From: Alphaproteobacteria bacterium
GTDB taxonomy: Bacteria; Pseudomonadota; Alphaproteobacteria; MPNO01; UBA2964
Length of the DNA: 64,000 bases
Direction: 5' to 3'
Assembly (NCBI GenBank): GCA_049602055.1
Contig: JBMYRG010000018.1
Location: 2,089 to 66,088, forward strand
A program made the translations under genes and the position numbers. The notes under the pieces were generated by a model. The model saw nothing but the letters and a program-made list of their open reading frames with translations, was not told where the DNA came from and ran no database searches. Below are positions 8,494-18,391 of the stretch, in pieces. Every line of letters begins with the position of its first letter. The stretch's first letter is position 1.

Positions 8494-10684
8494 GCTCTAC
8501 CGATTTTTCGGTGCTCTTACCTGTCTCGTAACTCGGAATATAGGTCGCCGGTTTTGCGCCGCCGCGGGCGCGTCTCGCAATCGCCTCCGGCACGGTCTCG
8601 GCTTCTGCGGCATGTCTGAGGCCCTGCTTGCGATCCAGTGGAAAGGCGGCCAGCAAATCAGGCGGTGGTAAGGTCGAAGCCGGGTAATAGGCCATCTTTT
8701 GTTCTTTGGGGATCTTCTTCTTGGGGTTGATGTTGGGCCGGTTCGCGCCCTTGGCGGCAACCGTGTAGTTCCTCGGATCGTACTTGAAGGTTTTGTCGCC
8801 CATGATTTCCAGATCAAGCCACCATTTCTTGGCGTTGATCGGATTGCCGTAGCCTAAAACATCGTCGAGCCAGATCGCGATGGGTTGCAGAATGGGTTTG
8901 AGCCAATAGGCATGGACACCGAGCCAGCTGCCAAGCTGATGCAATATTGGGCCGTCCAGCGTGATGTCCTTGGTGAGTGGGCAGATATGGATGCAGCGTC
9001 CACAGGATGAGCCTTTGAGGTTTGTTGCGCGATAGCTGGTGCAGCGTTCGGTATCCGGTTTCCAGGTTTCGTAGCCATTGAACATGACCTTGTCGCCGTA
9101 GGGGATCGCCTGACTGGGACATTCGCGGGCGCATTTGAGGCAACTGCCACAGAAGGTCTGGACGCCAGCATCGATAGGCTTGTCGGTTGCCAGCGGCATA
9201 TCTGTGGTCAGCACGGCTGTTTTGAAACGCATGCCGAGAAAAGGATTAAGGGCGCTTTCGCCGATCCGGCTTTGTTCACCAAGGCCAGAATTGAGGACCA
9301 GCGGCACATGCAGGACATGGCTGTCGAGGCTGGAATGGGCGCGGGCGGGATAGCCCATGGCGCGGATCATTGCCGCCATGACGCCGACGACTTCCGCGCC
9401 GCGTAGATAGGAACGCATCGATTGCGCGCCGGATATCCAGTCATTGCCGGAGGCTCCAAGCACAGTCTCATGTCCCTGATCGATGAGCACCGTCAGTGCG
9501 TATTTATGATAGGGCTCGATCGGCTGGCCGCGCTTGTCATGCGAGTACCAGCAATAATCGGGAATTTCACAAATGCCGGTTATGGAAGACCCCATATAGT
9601 GACTAAGCGCTTTGAGGGCTTTGGCGTTTTCCGCCGCATCGCTGACGCCATCAGCAATCTTTTCAGCCGTTTGGCCTTCCTGCAGCGGTTTGACGCCCCA
9701 CATTGGGCGGACGATGCCCTGCGCGACGGGCTGCTTTTGCGACCAGCGATTGGCCTGGCCTTTGGTTTTCTCGCTGAGGTCACCAAGCGCAGTCCGCATG
9801 TAAAAATTGGCGCGGCTCGGGACGCGGGGCACTTCGTCATCGATGATCAATGTCGTCGGCCGGTCAACCCGTTTAAGGTCTTCGACCGGGTAGGGGCCGA
9901 GATGTGACGGACGCCGCTTGCGCCGCCAACGCTCCAACCCTGAGACTGCACCGCTTAGACCGAGTTGATAATCCAGATCGCGGCCATTGCGGGCGTCAGG
10001 GTGTAGTGGCGTGTCGCACTCCAGAACATAGTTGGTGGTGATCACGGCGACCGCAAAACGGCTATCGAGGTAGGGATTAATGAGCGTCTCACCCTCTCTG
10101 ATTGCCAGTCCTGCGAGAACAGTCAACTTATCAAGGTCAACATCGCTGGCACCGGTCCAATGACATTTGGAGCTAAAGCCCATACTTGAAATTTGACCGC
10201 TGACGCAGGCCGCGATTTCAGCCGTCCGCAATGTCGCAATGAGATGAGCATTTCCGTCGACCCAGCCAGACGCAATATTGCTTGAGTCGATTGGTGCAGA
10301 ATATTCGACTAGGATAACAACGGCGTGGCTGGCGTCGCCTGTTATATCATCGAGCCAGGCGTTTTCGGCTATCTCGCAGATACCCATCTGCGACGCATCG
10401 AGAAAATAGCCGGCACCTTTGACATCGGCGCTGCGGCGGGACAGATCGTCAGGAACCGGCGCTAATTTCGAAAACGGTTCCGGCTCCCGCAATTCTTCAT
10501 AGGCACTCAGATGTTGGTTAATGGCATCGACTAGATATTTGCTGCCACCGGTCGTCATTGGTTTTGGCGGGGTGGCGGGCCGAGTGGATTCAGTCGCGAT
10601 AATGCCGGGGTCCCGCCTCAGCCGTTCCAAAGGGTAGGGGCCGAAATCTATGGGGCGGCTAAGACGTTTTTTCCTGCTCAACAT
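8486..10684 (-). CDS. reductive dehalogenase-like protein (catabolic RdhA / epoxyqueuosine-reductase superfamily), 2x[4Fe-4S]
   Basis: 732 aa. The C-terminus has FCGSCLKCARECP (CxxCxxCxxxCP) and C...SSCGRCIHICP (Cx12CxxCxxxCP), the RdhA/QueG ferredoxin signature. Internally duplicated N-terminal module (FGPYPLERLRRD / LGPYPVEDLKRVD), as in long aerobic RdhAs. 8-nt convergent overlap with the MFS gene. Confidence 0.5.
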   Translation of the reverse strand: MLSRKKRLSRPIDFGPYPLERLRRDPGIIATESTRPATPPKPMTTGGSKYLVDAINQHLSAYEELREPEPFSKLAPVPDDLSRRSADVKGAGYFLDASQMGICEIAENAWLDDITGDASHAVVILVEYSAPIDSSNIASGWVDGNAHLIATLRTAEIAACVSGQISSMGFSSKCHWTGASDVDLDKLTVLAGLAIREGETLINPYLDSRFAVAVITTNYVLECDTPLHPDARNGRDLDYQLGLSGAVSGLERWRRKRRPSHLGPYPVEDLKRVDRPTTLIIDDEVPRVPSRANFYMRTALGDLSEKTKGQANRWSQKQPVAQGIVRPMWGVKPLQEGQTAEKIADGVSDAAENAKALKALSHYMGSSITGICEIPDYCWYSHDKRGQPIEPYHKYALTVLIDQGHETVLGASGNDWISGAQSMRSYLRGAEVVGVMAAMIRAMGYPARAHSSLDSHVLHVPLVLNSGLGEQSRIGESALNPFLGMRFKTAVLTTDMPLATDKPIDAGVQTFCGSCLKCARECPSQAIPYGDKVMFNGYETWKPDTERCTSYRATNLKGSSCGRCIHICPLTKDITLDGPILHQLGSWLGVHAYWLKPILQPIAIWLDDVLGYGNPINAKKWWLDLEIMGDKTFKYDPRNYTVAAKGANRPNINPKKKIPKEQKMAYYPASTLPPPDLLAAFPLDRKQGLRHAAEAETVPEAIARRARGGAKPATYIPSYETGKSTEKSVEPS

Positions 10685-10784
10685 TGCGTGCTCTCACTGC
10701 GATGTAATGCCCACGTTAAATTTTCAAGTCACAGACAAGTTGATATCGTTTGATAATAAAGCGGTCAAGGTGCCTTGCGGGACA

Positions 10785-11474
10785 CTATGAACGTTTACCG
10801 TAATAAAGCCGCGCGAGCGTTTCTGGTTTGACGCCGAGATGCCATAGCGCGTGAATGAGAAGCCACCCCCAGACGATGGCTACGGGATGACGCCCGCGAA
10901 ATTTGCGGGATGAGGTGACCAGTGGTGGCTCCTCTATACACAGCGTTGGGCCGTGCCGTTCTAGCCTGCGGGTGAAGTCGTAATCCTCCATCAGGGGGAT
11001 GGCGCGGATTGGACCAATCGTCTCATAGACGGAGCGTCGGACGAATATTCCCGAGTCGCCGTAATAGACGCCCTGCGAGCGTATCCAGCGATAAAACCCG
11101 ATCAGCCAGCGGTCGAATTTTGTGTCGCCATCAAACAGAAGACGGAAATTGCCGCCGCCTGCTTCGGGGTGGGCGCTTAATTGGTCAAAAATTGCGGTCA
11201 ATGCGCCTTTAGGCAGGTTTGTGTCGGCATGCAGAAAAAACAGGATGTCGCCGGTCGCCATCGCGGCTCCCTGGTAAAGCTGATTGCCCCGCCCCGGGTC
11301 GCATTCGATAAGGATTGCGCCGGACCGTTGAACGGCAGCAATCGTGCCATCTGTGCTCCCACCGTCAGCGACGATGATTTCAGTGGCGACGCTTTCGGTG
11401 GCGAGGGCGGCAAGAACAGCTTCGATGCGGCCCGCTTCATTCAGGGTGGGTATGATGACAGAGAGCGTTGTCAT
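10785..11474 (-). CDS. family 2 glycosyltransferase
   Basis: LSVIIPTLNE...VADGGSTDGT GT-A fold motifs (DxD-type). Start chosen at MTTLSV; the upstream extension looks spurious. Confidence 0.65.
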   Translation of the reverse strand: MTTLSVIIPTLNEAGRIEAVLAALATESVATEIIVADGGSTDGTIAAVQRSGAILIECDPGRGNQLYQGAAMATGDILFFLHADTNLPKGALTAIFDQLSAHPEAGGGNFRLLFDGDTKFDRWLIGFYRWIRSQGVYYGDSGIFVRRSVYETIGPIRAIPLMEDYDFTRRLERHGPTLCIEEPPLVTSSRKFRGRHPVAIVWGWLLIHALWHLGVKPETLARLYYGKRS

Positions 11475-11493
11475 CGCGTCGGCCACCGGTGGA

Positions 11494-11931
11494 TTACAGA
11501 CCGGTTTCGGCAGGGTCGAGGCCCATATTGGCGCAGAGCTGATCGATAGTGGCTTTTTCACTCTCCGTGAAGTCATCGTCCGACTTGCCAATCGCGACGC
11601 ACACTTTGATCAGCAGGCGGGCGGCATGTTTATCGTCGGAAAGTTTTCGTACGAGACGCAGGATTTTTTCACGGGCGGCCCCGGGATCCGCTGTCAGGGC
11701 TTCAGCATGCTCGCGGTATAAATCAATCGCGACATGGGGATCGTAAATTTTCAGCTCGTTAATGGCTTCCAGCGCCTGATCTAGCATGGAAAGTTCGGCA
11801 ATATTGATCTCGCCATCTACTGAGGCAACCAATGCACTTGCTGCCATTGTCGCCTCAAGAAAAGAGCGATTACGGAACTTTTGCAGTTCCTGAGACAGCG
11901 CTGTGCGTGCTTGCTGAAAAAAACCAGACAT
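11494..11931 (-). CDS. TerB-family (tellurite-resistance TerB-like) domain protein
   Basis: 145-aa all-helical protein with the TerB-like pattern (…ASVDGEINIAELSMLDQAL…CVAIGKSDDDFTESEKATIDQL…). RBS GAAGG. Confidence 0.45.
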   Translation of the reverse strand: MSGFFQQARTALSQELQKFRNRSFLEATMAASALVASVDGEINIAELSMLDQALEAINELKIYDPHVAIDLYREHAEALTADPGAAREKILRLVRKLSDDKHAARLLIKVCVAIGKSDDDFTESEKATIDQLCANMGLDPAETGL

Positions 11932-12034
11932 TGGTTATTGCCTTCTGCCGAGATCACCTATTGTGGACCTTTTAGCACAATTCGGAGACTCGTTATTGTC
12001 ATTCGGTACAGACACCGAATATGGTCATGGTCTC

Positions 12035-12445
12035 ATGAGTGACGACCCCACCAACGAAAACGTTACCGCGTCCAGCCGGTTGGCACGTCCCTTTTTGCTG
12101 GGGCTGGGTTGGATTGCCGTTGGGCTCGGACTTGTCGGGGTCGTCGTTCCGGGATTGCCAACCACGCCGTTTCTGCTTGTTGCCTTGTGGGCATTTTCCA
12201 GGACATCAAAACGGTTTCACGACTGGCTCTACAATCACCCGCGTCTGGGGCCACCATTGCGGGACTGGCGACAGCATGGCGTTATACCACTGAAAGCCAA
12301 GATTCTTGCCATAGCGACAATGACCGTGAGTCTGCTGTGGATTATTTTTGGTATTGCCGAAGATTGGGTGTTGCCCGCGATTGTTGGCGCTTGTCTTGTG
12401 CCGCCGGCAATTTTTATCCTGACGCGACCGAGCCAATCCAAATAA
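12035..12445 (+). CDS. YbaN family inner-membrane protein (DUF454)
   Basis: ARPFLLGLGWIAVGLGLVGVVVPGLPTTPFLLVALWAFSRTSKRFHDWL is the DUF454 signature. A start at 11963 is also possible. Confidence 0.65.
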   Translation: MSDDPTNENVTASSRLARPFLLGLGWIAVGLGLVGVVVPGLPTTPFLLVALWAFSRTSKRFHDWLYNHPRLGPPLRDWRQHGVIPLKAKILAIATMTVSLLWIIFGIAEDWVLPAIVGACLVPPAIFILTRPSQSK

Positions 12446-12491
12446 GCGACCCTTTGCACCACCCGCCACCTTCTGGCATCTTTCCGACATT

Positions 12492-14189
12492 ATGAAATAT
12501 GATTTTATTATTGCGGGCGGCGGCTCTGCGGGATGTGTTCTTGCCAGCCGATTGTCAGAAAATTCAAGGAACAATGTCCTTCTAATCGAGGCGGGCGTCG
12601 ATTTTAAACCTGGTGAGGAGCCGGCTGATATCCGGTCGTCCTATCCGATGGCGGCGTCGTTTAACCCTGCCTATCACTGGACCAACCTCAAAGTGCGTCA
12701 GGCTGAAAATAACAGCAACCGGCCCGGCGGAACGCCATTGCGGTTTATGGAGCAGGCCCGCGTTGTCGGTGGGGGTTCCAGCATAAATGCCCAGATGGCC
12801 AATCGCGGATCGCCGGAAGATTACAATGAATGGGCAGAACTCGGTGCCGATGGCTGGAGTTGGGACGAGGTTTTACCGTTCTTTAAAAAGCTGGAGTCTG
12901 ATCAGGACTTTGACGGGGAACTACACGGGAAGGATGGCCCAATCACCATTCGCCGGGTCAAGGAAGATCAATGGTGTGGCTTCTCTCATACGGTGACACG
13001 GGTGCTGGAGAATGCTGGTTTCCAGCGGCAGGATGACCAGAACGGACCGTTCGTCGATGGCTGGTTCCCAACATCCGTTTCAAACCATCCTGATGATCAT
13101 CGGCAATCGGCGGCGATGGGCTATCTCAATCCGGACGTTCGCAAACGGCCCAACCTGCAAATTCGATCTGAAACACATGTTGAGTCTGTCCTGTTTGAAG
13201 GCACCAGGGCGACCGGCGTTCGGGTCAGACAAAATGGGCAATCCGAATCTATTTCGGCCAATGAAGTTATCCTGTCGTCAGGGGCTCTTCATACACCAGC
13301 AACCCTGATGCGGTCAGGCGTCGGGCGGGCCGGGCATTTGCGAGAACATGGTATCGATGTTGTCGCGGACCGCGCCGGTGTCGGGATGAACCTTAACGAG
13401 CACCCGACAATTGCGGTCTCGTCTTATCTGCATGCCGATGCACGGCTTCACGAACTTGGCAGGGGGCATGCACAGGTCGCCTTTCGATATAGCTCGGGCT
13501 TAGAAGGCTGTGGCGCTCAGGACATGTATGTCTCTGCCAGCGCAAAATCCGGCTGGCACGCCGTTGGTCAGCGGCTTGGTTCTTTTTTGCTGTGGTGCAA
13601 CAAACCCTATTCGCGGGGGACGGTCGGACTGACATCTTCGGATCCAATGGCAGAACCTGATGTTGCTTTTGAATTGCTGTCAGACCGTCGCGATCTGGAG
13701 AGGTTGAAAGACGCTATACGCCGATTGGCGGCGCTGTTTGCCGATCCGGAATTTGAAAAGATCGCCTCTGATCCTTTCCCGTCGAACTATTCAGAACGTG
13801 TCCGGCGTATCGGCGCTGTCACAACAAAGAATAAAATACTGACGTCCATTCTGGGCTTTCTGATGGACGCGCCGGGTCCCCTGCGTCGGGCCGCGATCCA
13901 CGGCTTTATCACTCAGGGTGTAACCCTCAAGGGGCTGCTGGAAGATGAAGCCGCGATGGAAGAATGGATACGGGATGGGGTCACCGGTTGCTGGCATCCG
14001 TCAGGCACCTGCCGGATGGGGCGTGAAGATGATCCCATGGCCGTGGTCGATAATCAGGGGCGTGTTTACGGCGTTCAGGGATTGCGGGTCTGTGATGCCT
14101 CAATCTTTCCCTGCGTGCCGCGGGCGAACACCAACATACCGACTATCATGTGTGCTGAGAAAATAGCGGACGCGATCGTCAGCAATTGA
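12492..14189 (+). CDS. GMC family oxidoreductase (FAD-dependent alcohol oxidase/dehydrogenase)
   Basis: N-terminal FAD motif YDFIIAGGGSAGCVLASRLSE, GGSSINAQ, C-terminal HPSGTCRMG active-site region; 565 aa. Confidence 0.85.
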   Translation: MKYDFIIAGGGSAGCVLASRLSENSRNNVLLIEAGVDFKPGEEPADIRSSYPMAASFNPAYHWTNLKVRQAENNSNRPGGTPLRFMEQARVVGGGSSINAQMANRGSPEDYNEWAELGADGWSWDEVLPFFKKLESDQDFDGELHGKDGPITIRRVKEDQWCGFSHTVTRVLENAGFQRQDDQNGPFVDGWFPTSVSNHPDDHRQSAAMGYLNPDVRKRPNLQIRSETHVESVLFEGTRATGVRVRQNGQSESISANEVILSSGALHTPATLMRSGVGRAGHLREHGIDVVADRAGVGMNLNEHPTIAVSSYLHADARLHELGRGHAQVAFRYSSGLEGCGAQDMYVSASAKSGWHAVGQRLGSFLLWCNKPYSRGTVGLTSSDPMAEPDVAFELLSDRRDLERLKDAIRRLAALFADPEFEKIASDPFPSNYSERVRRIGAVTTKNKILTSILGFLMDAPGPLRRAAIHGFITQGVTLKGLLEDEAAMEEWIRDGVTGCWHPSGTCRMGREDDPMAVVDNQGRVYGVQGLRVCDASIFPCVPRANTNIPTIMCAEKIADAIVSN

Positions 14190-14276
14190 TTGGCGTCTAA
14201 ATTGGATGCGGTTGTCGGGCTGCGGGACGGATGTTAGGTTCCCGCGCAATTAATTATTCCTACTGGAAAGCGAATT

Positions 14277-15875
14277 ATGTCCACTAGTTTCAGGCAGTTT
14301 ATTGAGGATCTCCGGGCCGCTGGCCAGATCCGGGAAATCACCAAACCAACAGATATCCGTCACATCGCGGCGCTCGTTGATCAGTCCGAAACGGCGCTGA
14401 TGTTCACCAATGTCATTGGTTATGACATGCCAGTTGTTTCAGGGCTGACGAACAGCCGCGACCGACTCGCGATTGCCATGGACTGTGAATTCAATGAGAT
14501 CGAAGGACGGCTGCGGGCCGGTATTGATCGACCGATCCCCCCTCGTATGGTCAATTCCGGACCGGCGCGGGAGATCCTGATCGAAGGCGATGATGTCGAT
14601 CTCTATAATCTTCCGGTGCCGCTGTTTTCAGTCCGTGATGGCGGTCCGATGATGACCGCTGGCATTACCCTGGCTGAAGATCCGGACCTCGGTCTCAATG
14701 CCGGTATCTATCGGATGCTGGTCAAAGATAAGAACACAACGGGCATCGATGTTGTCACGCCGAATAACCTCCGGAAGCTGGCTGAAAAGGCTTTTGCGAA
14801 AGGCGAACCGCTGCCGATCTCGGTCAATATCGGAACCCATCCGTCATCACTGATCACCGGTTGCTTTAAGGCGGCGCCGGGTGTTGATGAGATTGCGATG
14901 GCTGGCGGTATGCTGGGCGAAGCGGTTGAATTGACACCCTGTAAAACCATCAGCACGCCCTGTATCGCGGATGCTGAGATTGTTCTTGAAGCGGAACTGC
15001 TACCGACAGGCTGGACAAAACCGGAAGGTCGATTTGGCGAGTTCACCCGGCTGATGGGTGGTTTGCACTGGAACCCGCATGTCCGGATCAAGGCGATCTC
15101 GATGCGGAAGAACCCGATGTATTACGCGCTGCATATGCCATGGGAAAACATCTGGCCGAGCGGGCCGATCTATGAAGCCGCTGTCCGTCGGGCGCTGCAT
15201 GAAGCCGGTGTTCAGGTGACGGCTGTGAATATCACGCCGGGTGGTTGCTGCCACTGGCATGCCGTAATTGCCGTGAAGCCGTTGCCAGGAGATGGCAAGA
15301 ACGCCATCCTGGCGGCCTTGTCGGTCGCTGACATGAAGCATGTTGTCGTGGTCGATGACGATATTGATGTCTTTGATGGCATGGATGTTGAGTGGGCGAT
15401 TGCCACCCGTGTACAGGCGGACCGTGATGTAACGATTATCTCCGGTGCTCGGTCGAAACCGCTGGATCCCAGCCTTGTCATCACCCCGGGCAAAATTCCG
15501 ACCACCTCCAAGATGGGTATTGATGCGACGATCAGTGACGAGCTGCCGCGGGAGCGGTTTGAGCGGATTACCTACGCCTATGCAGATGAAGTAAATCTTG
15601 ATGACATGCTGGGCGATGGTCCTGCGAAAGAACCAGCTGCCGAAGTTTCCGATGATGAAATTGCCGTTTTAGCTGGCAAAATTCGTGAGGCGATTTCCGA
15701 GCAGCCGCTTTATTTTGCAGAATTGGCGGAACGGTTCTCAAGCGAAGGCTTCCAGACCGTCGCGCGAGCTCTCGGCACAATCCATGAAGCGGAAGAGCTC
15801 TGGCAGGATAAGGTTGGGAAGTTCTGTCTTGTTGGATCAGAGTTTGCCGCTCAGCCACCACAGGGTCGCGGTTAA
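14277..15875 (+). CDS. UbiD family (prFMN-dependent) decarboxylase/carboxylase
   Basis: 532 aa. N-terminal UbiD fold (…IREITKPTDIRHIAALVDQSE…TAGITLAEDPDLG…). It has a roughly 50-aa C-terminal extension compared with E. coli UbiD (about 490 aa). Confidence 0.7.
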   Translation: MSTSFRQFIEDLRAAGQIREITKPTDIRHIAALVDQSETALMFTNVIGYDMPVVSGLTNSRDRLAIAMDCEFNEIEGRLRAGIDRPIPPRMVNSGPAREILIEGDDVDLYNLPVPLFSVRDGGPMMTAGITLAEDPDLGLNAGIYRMLVKDKNTTGIDVVTPNNLRKLAEKAFAKGEPLPISVNIGTHPSSLITGCFKAAPGVDEIAMAGGMLGEAVELTPCKTISTPCIADAEIVLEAELLPTGWTKPEGRFGEFTRLMGGLHWNPHVRIKAISMRKNPMYYALHMPWENIWPSGPIYEAAVRRALHEAGVQVTAVNITPGGCCHWHAVIAVKPLPGDGKNAILAALSVADMKHVVVVDDDIDVFDGMDVEWAIATRVQADRDVTIISGARSKPLDPSLVITPGKIPTTSKMGIDATISDELPRERFERITYAYADEVNLDDMLGDGPAKEPAAEVSDDEIAVLAGKIREAISEQPLYFAELAERFSSEGFQTVARALGTIHEAEELWQDKVGKFCLVGSEFAAQPPQGRG

Positions 15876-18289
15876 GCATTTTCCGGTCGGGTAATCACCC
15901 GCGCGGCCGGCAATGTAACTCTAACAGTGGTCCCTTTGTTGGGGCCTTCCGTTTGACTTGTTAAAGACAGTGAGCCGCCGTGGAGTTCTGTTAGGGACTT
16001 GGTGAGGGACAAGCCCAACCCGGTCCCTTCGAATTTCCGGTCAAGACCGGTATGCGCCTGCTTGAAGGGTTCGAGGACCTGATCCACTTCATCGGCAGGA
16101 ATGCCAATTCCGCCATCAATCACGGCGAGCATAATATCACCGTCAACGCTATGCTCGATATTGATTTCCACCGTTCCGCCAGGCTCGGAGAACTTCACAG
16201 CATTGCTCAACAGGTTGATAATAATCTGCCTGATCTTACGCGTATCGGCTGTCAGATAGGGAGTCTCGGGTGGGATGTTCGTGACCAGTTGAACGTCGTT
16301 TTGGGCAGCGCGCTCGCTGACCAGCTTCACAGAAATATCGATGGCCTCCGCGAGTGACACCCTATCTTCGATGAGTTCAAGCTCTCCAGCCTCGATTTTT
16401 GACATATCAAGAATGTCATTGATTAGTGCGAGAAGGTGGCTCCCGCTGCGGTGGATGTCATTGGCGTATTCTTGATAGTCATCAATATATTCCCGACCCA
16501 TCATCGCGTCTCGAATGATTTCTGAGAATCCGATGACGGCGTTGAGAGGGGTCCGTAGCTCGTGGCTCATATTCGCAAGAAAATCCGTTTTAGATTTGTT
16601 GGCAAGCTCCGCGGTTTCTTTGGCACGCAGCGCTTCCTCACCGGTCCTTTTTAACTCGGCCTGTTTTTCCTTCAGGGATGTGATGTCAGTGCAGGTCACG
16701 ACGATACCGCCATCCTCGGTACGACGGTCGGTCACCTGCAGCCAACGACCATCAAACAGGGCGACTTCGCGGGTTGAGGGCGGATTTAGGTGCGATTTGA
16801 CACGCGCTTTGACATAGGATTGGAGGTCAATCTCTTCACCGTGTTCAATAGCCTGTCTTGCGTAGGCTTCGACAAGCTCTGGATAGGTTTTTCCTGGTTT
16901 CACATCTAGGTCACCTCGAGGCCACATTGCGTTATATCGCTCGTTGCACAGGACCAGCCTGTCGCTGGAGTCAAACAGGGCCAGCCCGTCTGTGAATGAT
17001 TCGATCGCGGCGTTAAACCTGTTTTCGCTGCGAGTAAGCGCCTGCTCAGTCGCATTTCTGTCTGTCACGTCCTCGGTAATAGACAATATAAAGCGAAGGT
17101 TTCCGTCTTCGTCATTTAGCGGATAATCGCTGGTCCTGACAGTTCTATCGCCCTTTACCGGTGATCGAATTATCTGCTCTGGATTAAAAACCGGTTCGCC
17201 GGTTGCAATAACTTTGTTGCGTGCTGCCTGACGCCAGATATTGCGTTCCCCAGATCTGAATCGGGCAGATCGCCAGCCAATGATTTCGTCCCGGCTTTGG
17301 CCGGCTGTTTCTTCGCCGGCCCGATTTATAAACACGATCTTTGATGTCTTCACATCTCGGACGATAACAATAAACGGGATGTTTTCGACAACCAGGTTCA
17401 ATAGTCTTTCGAGACGATTCAACTCATTGGAAATTGTGATGCGGTCTTCGATTTCCATTCCGCGGAGATTACAGATGATCGTTTGATCGTGTCCGGTTTC
17501 GGCATTGCCAACGAACCTTACCCATACCGGCCCGCGATCCTGGTGCATGATCTGCATATTGAAATCGATGGGCGATCCAGTGTCGCCCGAGGTCTTGAGG
17601 GCTTCTAAAAGATGAGGCCGATGTTCTTCATTAAACAGCGTTATAAAATTTTCACTGAGAGTCAGATCAGTATCCTTTGGGAATCCAAAAAATTCCGGTG
17701 CGGTTGTACTGGCAAAGATACAACTTAGGACACCGCTGTTGTCGTGTTTTATCCTTAATACGGCTCCGCCAATACTATTGACCATGCTACGCAACCATTC
17801 ATCGCTCTCTGAAGATTCGCGACGGGCGAGAGGCGAAAAGGACAAAAGGATTTTACCGTCTGGTGTTACCGCCCTTTGGGCCGCAACGGTTTGACCGAAT
17901 GTATTGTGGACGTCAATGTGATTGGGTTGGTTCCCATCGGTGCTAATTATATTTCCTAAATCAAGAATGCCGTCATAGCGATTGAGTACGGCCCGTTGTG
18001 CAAAGTTTGCAAAGCTTTCGCCGATCTGGATTGCTTTGGCGGGCAGGCCGAACAGCTTATAGAAACCGACATTGGCGGCTTCAATCTGGCGATTTTCATC
18101 AACAAGAAGTGCCGGGCAGGCAAGGTCCTCAATATAGTGATGGGGTTTTGCCTGAGTGTGTATCGGCGCGGAAATGTGCCTTAGGTCGTCTAGTGTATCT
18201 GAGTTTTGCGACGATCGGCGCCCCGGAAGACGTCGTGTCCTGACGTTGAATTTTGACTTTGCCATCTGTCGCGGGACCCTCGGTCGCAT
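15872..18289 (-). CDS. PAS-domain sensor histidine kinase (no receiver domain, no adjacent response regulator)
   Basis: HisKA H-box MSHELRTPLNAVIGFSEII and HATPase_c G-boxes (GGIGIP…GTGLGLSL) at the C-terminus. Long PAS-like N-terminal region. Overlaps the UbiD stop by 4 nt, convergent. An alternative start is at 18265. Confidence 0.75.
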   Translation of the reverse strand: MRPRVPRQMAKSKFNVRTRRLPGRRSSQNSDTLDDLRHISAPIHTQAKPHHYIEDLACPALLVDENRQIEAANVGFYKLFGLPAKAIQIGESFANFAQRAVLNRYDGILDLGNIISTDGNQPNHIDVHNTFGQTVAAQRAVTPDGKILLSFSPLARRESSESDEWLRSMVNSIGGAVLRIKHDNSGVLSCIFASTTAPEFFGFPKDTDLTLSENFITLFNEEHRPHLLEALKTSGDTGSPIDFNMQIMHQDRGPVWVRFVGNAETGHDQTIICNLRGMEIEDRITISNELNRLERLLNLVVENIPFIVIVRDVKTSKIVFINRAGEETAGQSRDEIIGWRSARFRSGERNIWRQAARNKVIATGEPVFNPEQIIRSPVKGDRTVRTSDYPLNDEDGNLRFILSITEDVTDRNATEQALTRSENRFNAAIESFTDGLALFDSSDRLVLCNERYNAMWPRGDLDVKPGKTYPELVEAYARQAIEHGEEIDLQSYVKARVKSHLNPPSTREVALFDGRWLQVTDRRTEDGGIVVTCTDITSLKEKQAELKRTGEEALRAKETAELANKSKTDFLANMSHELRTPLNAVIGFSEIIRDAMMGREYIDDYQEYANDIHRSGSHLLALINDILDMSKIEAGELELIEDRVSLAEAIDISVKLVSERAAQNDVQLVTNIPPETPYLTADTRKIRQIIINLLSNAVKFSEPGGTVEINIEHSVDGDIMLAVIDGGIGIPADEVDQVLEPFKQAHTGLDRKFEGTGLGLSLTKSLTELHGGSLSLTSQTEGPNKGTTVRVTLPAARVITRPENA

Positions 18290-18299
18290 TTATGCCATC

Positions 18300-18323
18300 G
18301 TGAAGCAGCGTCGGCTGCTTCAC
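18300..18323 (-). terminator. perfect 10-bp stem / 4-nt loop hairpin between apt and the histidine kinase (possible terminator without U-tract)
   Basis: GTGAAGCAGC-gtcg-GCTGCTTCAC; no clear T-run on either strand. Confidence 0.3.
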
Positions 18324-18391
18324 GAATGTGGCGCAAATCCTAGGGTATCCGGTGGTTGTAAACGTTTCGTAAAGGCTACGAAAATGGACGG

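Noticed and set aside
9422-9907. 161-aa ORF on the plus strand inside the reductive-dehalogenase-like gene
   Set aside because: Entirely antisense to a gene with strong motif support; no RBS or family resemblance. Typical antisense ORF in GC-rich DNA.
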